Positions 19,601-26,938 are shown, numbered from the stretch's first letter. The stretch: 29,160 nucleotides of DNA from an uncultured Desulfovibrionales bacterium (GCA_964531185.1 CAZHCY010000001.1:1757-30916), one strand, 5' to 3'. Program-made: numbers and translations. Notes: generated by a model not told the origin, from the letters alone.

Positions 19601-20168
19601 CACTAAGGACGATTTCCAGAGAATCACCATCCACCCCGAAACGGGGCATCAGGATATGGTCTTCAGGCGATTCCTGGGATAGATCTGTACCTGGTTTTCC
19701 GCTGGATGCCACAAGTGTCCGGTTGACGCTTACCTGGCATACAGACAGTATCCCGCTGACCAGCAGGGACAAGGAGGGCTCAGCTAATGAGTCAGGAAGC
19801 CGGACCCGGAGCAGATAAGTCCCGTGGCCATGGGCTGAAAGGGACTCGCCAGCAAAAGTTTTGCCGCGCCATATCCCGGGAACATGGAAAAAATCCTGCT
19901 TTTCCCGGCTGGACAGGACCATGGCAGCAGGATCAAGCAATTCCCCCCAGATGAATTCCCACTCTCCGTCCAGCCTGAACGGTCCTTGGGAAAAATCCCA
20001 TTCTGTAAGATCAAGTACGCCGCCATGAGCCTGGGGCGAATCCATGGAAGGGGCGCAGCCCATGATCCCTGCTAAAATGATAAAAAGGGCAATGAATCGG
20101 GCGTGAACAGGTACGGGACTGTAATGAGCAAAAGTCAGATCCTGGCTTGCAGGCATTTTCTTTGGCAT
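16680..20168 (-). CDS. 7TM-DISM-type hybrid histidine kinase (extracellular beta domain-7TM-HisKA-HATPase-REC-PAS) with C-terminal ChiS-like DNA-binding domain
   Basis: Lipobox-like IMGC; GGVLDLTEWDF..LDGEWEFIW; about 7 TM helices; EFLANTAHELKTPL; NLVGNAIKYT; DTGIGI; GTGLGL; REC with LVILDIMMP and YLTKPF; PAS (LNSLDEAILAVN..FCNKAF); C-terminal IWNVYMEKDGYLRTQTLDKYL..LPVRPRW. Confidence 0.85.
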   Translation of the reverse strand: MPKKMPASQDLTFAHYSPVPVHARFIALFIILAGIMGCAPSMDSPQAHGGVLDLTEWDFSQGPFRLDGEWEFIWGELLDPAAMVLSSREKQDFFHVPGIWRGKTFAGESLSAHGHGTYLLRVRLPDSLAEPSLSLLVSGILSVCQVSVNRTLVASSGKPGTDLSQESPEDHILMPRFGVDGDSLEIVLSVSNHHNVQGGIKSSIFLGTGEQIQGMMDVRRFSGAFMAGALLIMALYHLVLFSRRRCATANLYFGLFCFFWGVVTLFSPSSGFLMSTIAPDLSWKWYINFSLLPFGLTIPLMVIFYHVLFPKKYSRTVNRLVVFLGAVYIIYILVTPPNAYGPGPFLYFLVTRAVYAYLFAAFALDLLRREKNALMLIPGYMALALSEIDVMVFDLNITSTISFAPYGVFIFILSYSFYISASFADAFSRVEKLSGNLEKANLKLMDMNKLKDEFLANTAHELKTPLAGIVSIAETLLAGAGGKLSAEAGNHLKLLAHSGKRLSCLVDEILDFSRLTHQDIILNKSRVNLCDTARGVLDISQAMAMDKGLKLINAIEPDFPAVEADPERLEQILFNLVGNAIKYTESGAITVSARNSGDFTRVSVADTGIGIPSEFRKRIFNSHEQLASAHTRSTGGTGLGLAITKRLVEMHGGSIHVDSQPGRGSVFSFTLPASSVAVQGDVPPKQAGPLPEKFNMVLPLEPEHVSADPGCARGRIYQALIVDDEPVNLHVIGSCLRLAGISFKTARNGSHALDLIQDGDCPDLVILDIMMPGTSGYEVCRILRQKHSAQSLPIIMLTVKNRVEDIVAGFSAGANDYLTKPFSREELLARVRTLLKLKQAYAVLTENMRLKQELVLRRETEQDLWLMQHRLSGMLNSLDEAILAVNLSREITFCNKAFQALSGQTVHSLLGRPLAGLLPDQQNPQGKISGDLLSFLSNTGPSGKKTGNFAHQSLLKASGQHCTCHVRVTCLEMEEETLFVMIFCPLNNEKNEQDIGPDFAALVDMLEEFNAHRRIFQDLEDALTAGYHDRIHTPESLAEDLKTARALIERFADGLSIKEKNSDKRRLAVRVMNLAVECWAQTTGNAKADLAKKSRIWNVYMEKDGYLRTQTLDKYLSEDTLPVRPRWLKIHATAEFVLASCHEHLPVWSELKQNIGQLKKLG

Positions 20169-20358
20169 GAGCGTGATCTTTCACTGAAATGTTTCCTCCT
20201 CATTTTCCAATAGAAACCAGCAGCTGATATGGACATCCTGAGGAAACGGATAATGATGGAAAGATCTTTATATGGTTTTGGCCAGAGAAGAACAAGCTTT
20301 CACTCATTAGAAACCAGACCATTTTTTTGCCCCGGAATGGTTCACGTCCATGGATATT

Positions 20359-22089
20359 TCAGTCCCTGAATTTCAATGTAACGGTACATTCTCCGTTTCT
20401 GGTCTCAACCCTCACATCATCGGCAAGATGATCAACCAGAAATCCTGCCATGGCTTGAGCCCCTTTGACTTCATTGAACACCTGATGAGGATCCGGCCGA
20501 GTCTCCGGAATTATCAGCGGGCGTCCCATGTAAACCACAACTATCCGGCAAAGATATTCATCAAAAACCGCTCTAAATTCCAGCTCTTTGCTGAACGAGT
20601 CCATTAATTTGTAAGCCTGAATGGCATCCAGAAGTTCATATGTAGCATGGTTGAGGCGACGGATAACCTCGACCCTGGCTCCCCATTGATGCCCGAGATG
20701 CCAGAGTATTTCATTTATTTTCTGAGGCCACTTGTTATCCATGTCAATTTTTCTGGTTACTGATTTGTGAATCTTCAGGCGAAAAAGCGTGTTCAGTCCT
20801 ATGGCTACCACCAGGGTGGCCGCCACAGTGGTAGATAGAGGCGAAAATATTATGTTTTCATCGCTGTCACGTGCTATGTACAGCAACTCATGACCCATGC
20901 CGGCTATGAGAGAAAGGCCTATTGTGATGCTTTTGCGTGAGTCAAGAAGACGTGAGGTGATTATCTTTATGCCGCCTACAATGATAAAAGAAGCTACAAA
21001 TATCAGTACAGCTCCGATTACAGGCATGGAAAGAGAAATCCAAAATGATGTAAAAGGTGGAAAAAACGCCAGGGCGATAAAAAGCCCTCCAAGAACATAT
21101 GCCACTATACGGCTGGTGACTCCACTGGCCTGTGCAAGGCCGATGGCGCCGCCGCTGGCGGTCTGGGCCACTCCATTGATCAGGGAACCCAGGGCATTGG
21201 TTATCCCTTCGGCCAGAAGGCCCCGTTTGATCCCTTCCATGTCAGGCCTTTTCCATGAGGAGTCATTGGCCCTTTGGGCAACGGTCAGAACGCCAAAGCA
21301 GTTGAATGAAAGAGCTAGTCCCAGAAGAACAAAATGCGGCAGCATTTCCCAATTAAAAGACCAACCGAACCGGGCTATCGGCGGCAATGCCAAGACTGGA
21401 ACCTGTGAGATTTCATTCATAAGCGATTCATTGACAACCCCTTGCCAGACCGCAAAGATCTGCCCCACAAGCAAACCGGCAAAAACCGCAAAAGTTCTGG
21501 CTTTTCCATGGCCCCACACATTTACCTCCACGATGACCGAAAGGGTTAGAAGCCCCGTCAGCAGAGTGCGGGGCTCTCCTTGAAGAGGGGTGTCAAGTGC
21601 CAGAAAAGCCCTCATGCCGATAAGGCCAAGGCCAAGTCCGAGGATTAAAACTATGAGCCCGGCAATTTCGACGGGGAAAAAGGGGCGCAGCCTTATGATA
21701 AGGCGCGAAGCTGCAATCTGAACAAAGGCGGCAATGGCCATCATGCCAAAGGCAAGGTCGAGACCTCCCATATTGACAGCGGCGATGGAGGCTGGAAATG
21801 CAATGGCGGACGTATGCATGGGGCTGAACAATCCGATGCCGATTCCGCCCCGGTTTAAGGCCTGCAGGATAACACCACAGCCGGCAGCCACCATTGTCAG
21901 GGCGACCAGGCCTGCTGCTCCGGCAGCGTCAAGTCCGGCCTGACGGGCAAGAAGCACCGGCAGGGTCATTATGGATGCAAGAAAAGCCAGCTGCTGTAAA
22001 GCAACCATAACGGTCATGCCCCAGGGGGGACGTTCATTAATCCAGTATGTAATTCCGTCAGGCCTGAGAGGCCTCTGGTTTTCACTCAT
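20359..22089 (-). CDS. NCS2 (xanthine/uracil permease) family protein with C-terminal RsbW/HATPase_c_2-like extension
   Basis: YWINERPPW, IGIGLFSP, FFPVEIAGLIV, GLLAEGITNALGSLING, GVTSRIV, PVIGAVL topology; about 135 extra C-terminal residues. Confidence 0.75.
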   Translation of the reverse strand: MSENQRPLRPDGITYWINERPPWGMTVMVALQQLAFLASIMTLPVLLARQAGLDAAGAAGLVALTMVAAGCGVILQALNRGGIGIGLFSPMHTSAIAFPASIAAVNMGGLDLAFGMMAIAAFVQIAASRLIIRLRPFFPVEIAGLIVLILGLGLGLIGMRAFLALDTPLQGEPRTLLTGLLTLSVIVEVNVWGHGKARTFAVFAGLLVGQIFAVWQGVVNESLMNEISQVPVLALPPIARFGWSFNWEMLPHFVLLGLALSFNCFGVLTVAQRANDSSWKRPDMEGIKRGLLAEGITNALGSLINGVAQTASGGAIGLAQASGVTSRIVAYVLGGLFIALAFFPPFTSFWISLSMPVIGAVLIFVASFIIVGGIKIITSRLLDSRKSITIGLSLIAGMGHELLYIARDSDENIIFSPLSTTVAATLVVAIGLNTLFRLKIHKSVTRKIDMDNKWPQKINEILWHLGHQWGARVEVIRRLNHATYELLDAIQAYKLMDSFSKELEFRAVFDEYLCRIVVVYMGRPLIIPETRPDPHQVFNEVKGAQAMAGFLVDHLADDVRVETRNGECTVTLKFRD

Positions 22090-22182
22090 GAGTTATCTTT
22101 CAGCTTTATGAATTGCCTGCATTAAAGGCGCTTGCCGCCAGACTTATTAAAAGCGGAAATAAAAAATTAAGTCCTTCCATCA

Positions 22183-22599
22183 CTATTGAGTAAGCACGGC
22201 CCGCACGAATACATCATGCATCTTGTTGCCACAGTGCGCCTCGCCGTTGCCGAAGTTCATCCCCCAGGCACAGGCCGGATAATCAGGTTCAGTGGTGGAC
22301 GACCAATACCAGTCGCTTTTCACGTGCATGGCCTGGAGACAGGGCGAGTGGTACAACCCCTCAAGTTCACCCCTGCTCGGCAGCCGAAAGCCGGAATGTC
22401 CGCTTAATGTTCGTCCCTGGACATGACGCATAGCGTCGTCCCAGTTCATGGGACCATCTGAATCCTTCTGCCATACCAGTCCCGTGGCGTTGTCCGTCAC
22501 TGTCCTGTCTCCATTGTCCACGCAGCGGCCGGCATGGACACTGTCTGACCACAGCAAGCAGAATACAGAAACCAGGGCAATCAGCAGTGTTTTTTTTAT
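22183..22599 (-). CDS. DUF1566 (Lcl C-terminal domain) secreted protein; probable ATA start
   Basis: DNGDRTVTDNATGLVWQK, NWDDA, FRLPSRGEL, WYWSSTT, AWGMNFGNG, VRAV; in-frame extension upstream of the ORF call gives (I/M)KKTLLIALVSVFCLLWSDSVHA. Confidence 0.8.
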   Translation of the reverse strand: MKKTLLIALVSVFCLLWSDSVHAGRCVDNGDRTVTDNATGLVWQKDSDGPMNWDDAMRHVQGRTLSGHSGFRLPSRGELEGLYHSPCLQAMHVKSDWYWSSTTEPDYPACAWGMNFGNGEAHCGNKMHDVFVRAVLTQ

Positions 22600-22636
22600 A
22601 AGACTTCCCTCCGCATGATTTTTACGGGATAAAAAA

Positions 22637-23737
22637 CTATTGGGCCGGAATGGTCAGCTGCAGGGCACTGGGAGCCTGGTCGTCCTCCAGCAGGGTAAAA
22701 GCCAGCATAATAAAGGAAAAGACCCTTTTGGTTTCCAGATCGCTGTCATCCACCCAGAACCAGTGGCCGCGATACCGGACCGAGGTAAAGGCTTGATCCG
22801 GCCGGGTTGATGAAGACTTGACCGCGACAGCGTCCAGACCTGCTTTCTCAGAATGCCGGGCAGCTCCTGGAATGGCCCGGCCCTGAGTCAAATCCTGTTC
22901 AGGAATTTGCACCCGGGCGGCCACGGCCGCCAGCATCTGCATCAGGGAAAATGTCTGCAATGCGATCATGTTGTGGCTGTCAGCCGTGGGAAAGCCGGAA
23001 GTCAGCATATACTCGTTCCGGGCAGGCTCCAGTCCAAGCAGGTCTTGCAGTTCTCTGACCAGAGCATTGGTTTCCCCTGAGGGATACCGTCCTCCCAGAG
23101 CCAGCATCAGGCTGGGAGATTCTCCGGGCTGGAGTACCCGGCTGGTCACATGCACCGCATCCAAGCCCTGGAGCCTGGAGAAAATTTGCACCACTTTTTG
23201 AAAATCAGACTGGACCGGAACATGGGCGCCGGGAATATGGGCTTCGTTGCGCAGGCCGTTGATGCTGCGCACACTAAGTGTGAACAGGAACCGGGCTGAG
23301 ATTCCTGAATTCAGGCCCAGCAGCACATTGCGCACCGGAACAGGCGAAATTATACCCTTGCGGAACGCGGCACCGGTCAAGGGCCTGTAGGTGATGGTGG
23401 GGCGATCAGTATATTTGCCAGAGATCCCGAGATCCAGCTTGCTGGAGTCACTGGAGCCGGACAAGTCGAACATGGACCGTGAAAATCCCATATTCCCCCC
23501 TGTTTCCAGGGAATAGGCCGCAACAATGTCTCCCACGTCCATGAAGAACAGCGGCTCCACATAGCGGATCTTGACGATATTGAGCAGGATCTGCTCTTTC
23601 CAGGACTGTGTGATGGAGGCATTGTACCCGGTTCGATCCGATGTCATTTTTGCCGGGCCGATGGATGCGCACCCGGAAAAAAGAACCAGCACGCATATCA
23701 ACAGAATCCGGCTTGCTCCCGAATATATCTGCGTCAC
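22637..23737 (-). CDS. Conserved hypothetical lipoprotein
   Basis: Lipobox LFSG-C; motifs SWKEQILLNIVKIRY, DRPTITYRPLTG, VRYRGHWFWVDDSDLETKRVF; ATGA overlap with the upstream hydrolase stop. Confidence 0.7.
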   Translation of the reverse strand: MTQIYSGASRILLICVLVLFSGCASIGPAKMTSDRTGYNASITQSWKEQILLNIVKIRYVEPLFFMDVGDIVAAYSLETGGNMGFSRSMFDLSGSSDSSKLDLGISGKYTDRPTITYRPLTGAAFRKGIISPVPVRNVLLGLNSGISARFLFTLSVRSINGLRNEAHIPGAHVPVQSDFQKVVQIFSRLQGLDAVHVTSRVLQPGESPSLMLALGGRYPSGETNALVRELQDLLGLEPARNEYMLTSGFPTADSHNMIALQTFSLMQMLAAVAARVQIPEQDLTQGRAIPGAARHSEKAGLDAVAVKSSSTRPDQAFTSVRYRGHWFWVDDSDLETKRVFSFIMLAFTLLEDDQAPSALQLTIPAQ

Positions 23738-25038
23738 GGCAATACCCTCCAGGAAAAGACCTCATCCAGCCAGTCAAACAGAACCTGTCCCACCAGACTG
23801 CGATTTTCCAGGATGCAGTGGTTGGCCGCGCCCTCATTGGCCGGAGTAACCACCATCATTTTCAAGGCGTTGGGGAAATTGTCCATGGCGATTTTCTGCT
23901 GGCGCTGCACCTCCAGGCTTTTGTATTCGCCCTGGCCCACGATGATCAGTGCCGGAGCATCTATCCGGGCCGGGTCAAAGGTGTTCCCCTTGTTCGCCTC
24001 AATCAGGGCGGAAGGCTTGTCCTGGGGTACCCCGTACCGCCAGCAGATGGACCTGACCACGTCGCGGTGAAAATCGGACCAGGCCTCCATCTCCTCCCGG
24101 GTGGCCAGGGCAGCGGGCATGGTGGCGAACAGCGGATGGGCGTCCACCACGGCGGAGGTCATTACAACTGCTTTGATGCGCGGGTCGTGCATGGCAGCCT
24201 GGGGCACGAACAGCCCGCCGCCGCTGAATCCATAGGCGGCCAGGCGCTTTTCATCCACTCCGTCCAGGGTCAAAATATGATCCACGACCTCCATTAAGGC
24301 AATGTTTGTGTCTGTGCGGAAAACCCGGCCCTCAAAGGGCAGCAGTCCCTGACCGGGCAGATCCACTGTGACGAAATTGTACCCCCTGGCATGGGCCTGC
24401 GGGGCGATGAAAAAGAACAGATCCTCGGCAAAGGTTTCACCGCCGCCGATCATGAGCAGGGTCGGGGCGTCGTTATTGTCTTTGGCCGCGGGCCGGAAAT
24501 ACCCCGGCAGGACCGTGCCCTCAAAAGGAACTTCAAAATACTCCAAAGGCGGGTCCAGCAGTTTGCCGGTCTCGCGCATCAGGCTGCGCACCTTCATGCT
24601 GGTGGGTTTGAACAAAGGATTGTCCGGAAGCATGGAGATGACGGAAAACCGGTAATAGTTCACCGCGCGCAGCAGCTGATTCCTGGCGCTGACCACATGC
24701 CCGTGGGCCAAAGATTCCCGTCCGCGGGCCTCCACGCGCTCGGCCAGGGCCAGCCATTCCCGCTGCCAGCTTGCCGCATCCCCGTCCTTGATTTGCGAAG
24801 CTGCGTAGAAGGCTTCCCCGATCTCCGCCCCTCCGGTGGACACCGAGTCCAGGATCAGGTTCCCGAAATGGAAGTCCATGTCTCCGTCGTCAAAAAAATA
24901 CGAAAACTCGGTGGCGTGCATGTCCGAGGTTTCCAGGGCCTCACCGGAAGCCTGGACGCTTGTGCTCCACGTCTGCAAAACAGCCACGGCCAGCAGACAG
25001 ACAAGACATCTGGCAGCAAAATATATCACACGTTTCAT
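23734..25038 (-). CDS. Secreted alpha/beta hydrolase (DHPON hydrolase/FrsA-like, S9-clan fold)
   Basis: Sec signal MKRVIYF...SVQA; EVPFEGTVLPGYF, GGGETFAED, DLPGQG, nucleophile GFSGG, ANHC His motif; SD AAGGAGG before ATG 25038. Confidence 0.85.
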   Translation of the reverse strand: MKRVIYFAARCLVCLLAVAVLQTWSTSVQASGEALETSDMHATEFSYFFDDGDMDFHFGNLILDSVSTGGAEIGEAFYAASQIKDGDAASWQREWLALAERVEARGRESLAHGHVVSARNQLLRAVNYYRFSVISMLPDNPLFKPTSMKVRSLMRETGKLLDPPLEYFEVPFEGTVLPGYFRPAAKDNNDAPTLLMIGGGETFAEDLFFFIAPQAHARGYNFVTVDLPGQGLLPFEGRVFRTDTNIALMEVVDHILTLDGVDEKRLAAYGFSGGGLFVPQAAMHDPRIKAVVMTSAVVDAHPLFATMPAALATREEMEAWSDFHRDVVRSICWRYGVPQDKPSALIEANKGNTFDPARIDAPALIIVGQGEYKSLEVQRQQKIAMDNFPNALKMMVVTPANEGAANHCILENRSLVGQVLFDWLDEVFSWRVLP

Positions 25039-25087
25039 GATCGATCCTCCTTGTTGGCTGGAAATCTTTTTTGCGGTAATCAAAAGA

Positions 25088-26821
25088 TTACGGCTTGGCC
25101 CGCTGGTCCAGCCAGTTCAGAATGCGCTCGCTGGAAACCACAGGCGCTCCGAGCTGGCAGTGGAACTGCCCGCCCTGGGAGGCGTCAAATTCCAGGTATG
25201 TCTTTTGGCTGTTCAGGGCATTGAACACCTTTTTGGCCTGGGCATTGGACCCGGCAACCTGGTCCTGGCTGGAATTGACCACCAGCGTTTCGGTCTGGAT
25301 ATCGCCGATGACGTCGGCCAGGGTGTATTCCTGCAGTTTCCGGAACAGCTCACAGGGGGTTGCGGCCTGGAATGTCCAGAGCATCTGGGTGATAAATTGA
25401 TGCACATCCGGGCGTTCATCCATTTCCCGGAGTACAAGGGCGTCAATATCAGCCGTGCAACCGCCGGACTCCACGGCCTGGCGCACCGCGTCCGGGAATT
25501 TGGTCATGGTTCCGTCGAACACGCTGTACACCCCGCCGTCCAATATTCCCCACTGGATTCGTTTTTCAAAGGCCAGGGCCCGGGGCACCAGGTATCCGCC
25601 CATGGAATATCCCAGCAGGGCAATGCGCTCCGGGTCCACGTCCGGGCGGGTCAGGGCGTAATCCACCACGGGCGTGACCACGTTTTCCCAGTCATGCCGG
25701 AACGCCAGCTTCTGGAGGCTGATCATCTCGCCCTGGCCCGGGCCTTCGAAAATGAGGCAGTTGTATCCGCGCTGCACGGCCTGGGCCGCCAGAATAAAGT
25801 AGAGGTCCTCGGCAGTAGCGTCCAGACCGGTCTGGATCAGAAGCAGCGGCCTTTTTTCGGAGCTGTTGTCCGGAGTGATAAAATAACCGGGCAGGGTGGT
25901 CTGTTCATAGGGAATGCGCACCGGTTCGATCAGGCCGCCGGAAAGGCCCGCGGCCTTGAGAAAGGTATCCCGGCCGTTTTGCCAGGCGATCAGGCCTCGC
26001 GGGTCCTTGTCGTACAAGTATATGGACGCGGCCCGGAAATAGTTGGTGGCCCGGAAATAGGCCTGCTTCGCGGCGATGTCATGACCTGCGGCTACAAATT
26101 CATCGGCTGTGCCCCGGACTTTCAGGGCCATGGAGTTCCAGGACCGGTACCAGCTTTCCTGGTCAAAATCCTCCACCTGGCCGGTTATGGTCAGCAATTC
26201 GCCCAGGTCCGCACCGCCCGAGGCGATCAGGCCGAAGCGCCACAGGCTCTGAAAGACAAAAGCGGGGTCATTGAACAGAAATCCGCTCATGTTCCGCTGA
26301 TGAATGTCGCGCGGCTCCTTGTCGGCCTGCCCGCGGTAGTTGTCCCAGTGTTCCACTTTTCCACTGATATAGACATGGCCCTGAAGGGGGAAATGGGTGT
26401 GGATAAAGACCCACTCCTTGTCCACGCCGGTCAGGTTTTCCAGAGAATCGGCAATGGCGGTCATCATTCCAGCCACGTCCTGTTCGCTAAAAAAACCAGG
26501 AACGTACAGGTCCACGAAAATGGGTTTGTCAGAGACCGGCTCGCCCATGCAGTGGATGGCGTCGAAGGTCTGCCAGTAGTAGGTCAGAAACCGCTCGTCG
26601 ATCCCGGTGGCCGCAGTGACGTCCCGGCTGAGCTGAGCCAAAACCTTCGGCACGTCCAGGTCTGAACGGGCATAGGTGATTCTGACCATGGGGTCGGCCG
26701 GGTCAATGCCGCCCGCTCCCCATGCCTTGTCCCGGCCTGTTAGAGGTGATAAAAGAAGACTTAAGATGAAAATTAAAACTCCAGGCAAAAGTATTAAAGA
26801 TAGCCCGGAAAAGGATTTCAT
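25088..26821 (-). CDS. Secreted alpha/beta hydrolase with N-terminal tautomerase/MIF-like domain
   Basis: Hydrophobic N-terminal signal; residues 44-159 show a beta-alpha-beta x2 pattern; RIPYEQTTLPGYF, TGLDATAED, FEGPGQG, GYSMG, SQDQV, FHCQ. Confidence 0.8.
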   Translation of the reverse strand: MKSFSGLSLILLPGVLIFILSLLLSPLTGRDKAWGAGGIDPADPMVRITYARSDLDVPKVLAQLSRDVTAATGIDERFLTYYWQTFDAIHCMGEPVSDKPIFVDLYVPGFFSEQDVAGMMTAIADSLENLTGVDKEWVFIHTHFPLQGHVYISGKVEHWDNYRGQADKEPRDIHQRNMSGFLFNDPAFVFQSLWRFGLIASGGADLGELLTITGQVEDFDQESWYRSWNSMALKVRGTADEFVAAGHDIAAKQAYFRATNYFRAASIYLYDKDPRGLIAWQNGRDTFLKAAGLSGGLIEPVRIPYEQTTLPGYFITPDNSSEKRPLLLIQTGLDATAEDLYFILAAQAVQRGYNCLIFEGPGQGEMISLQKLAFRHDWENVVTPVVDYALTRPDVDPERIALLGYSMGGYLVPRALAFEKRIQWGILDGGVYSVFDGTMTKFPDAVRQAVESGGCTADIDALVLREMDERPDVHQFITQMLWTFQAATPCELFRKLQEYTLADVIGDIQTETLVVNSSQDQVAGSNAQAKKVFNALNSQKTYLEFDASQGGQFHCQLGAPVVSSERILNWLDQRAKP

Positions 26822-26913
26822 TGTTACCTTCCTTGTTTATAATCTGAGTGTCTTTGCTTCTGTTTTTGCTTTTACCTCATCATACATTCCGAGCAGCATA
26901 CAGTTGTCAATCA

Positions 26914-26938
26914 GAATTCACGTGAATTCCCGTGAATT
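26914..26938. promoter_or_regulatory. Candidate operator: perfect 16-bp palindrome plus 10-bp-phased direct repeat
   Basis: GAATTCACGTGAATTC (26914-29); CGTGAATT at 26921 and 26931; lies 3 nt upstream of a minus-strand TTGACA (26910-05). Confidence 0.45.

Noticed and set aside
24836-26665. 609-aa plus-strand ORF
   Set aside because: Antisense shadow of the two GC-rich hydrolase genes; no recognisable motifs; long antisense frames are expected in high-GC3 coding DNA
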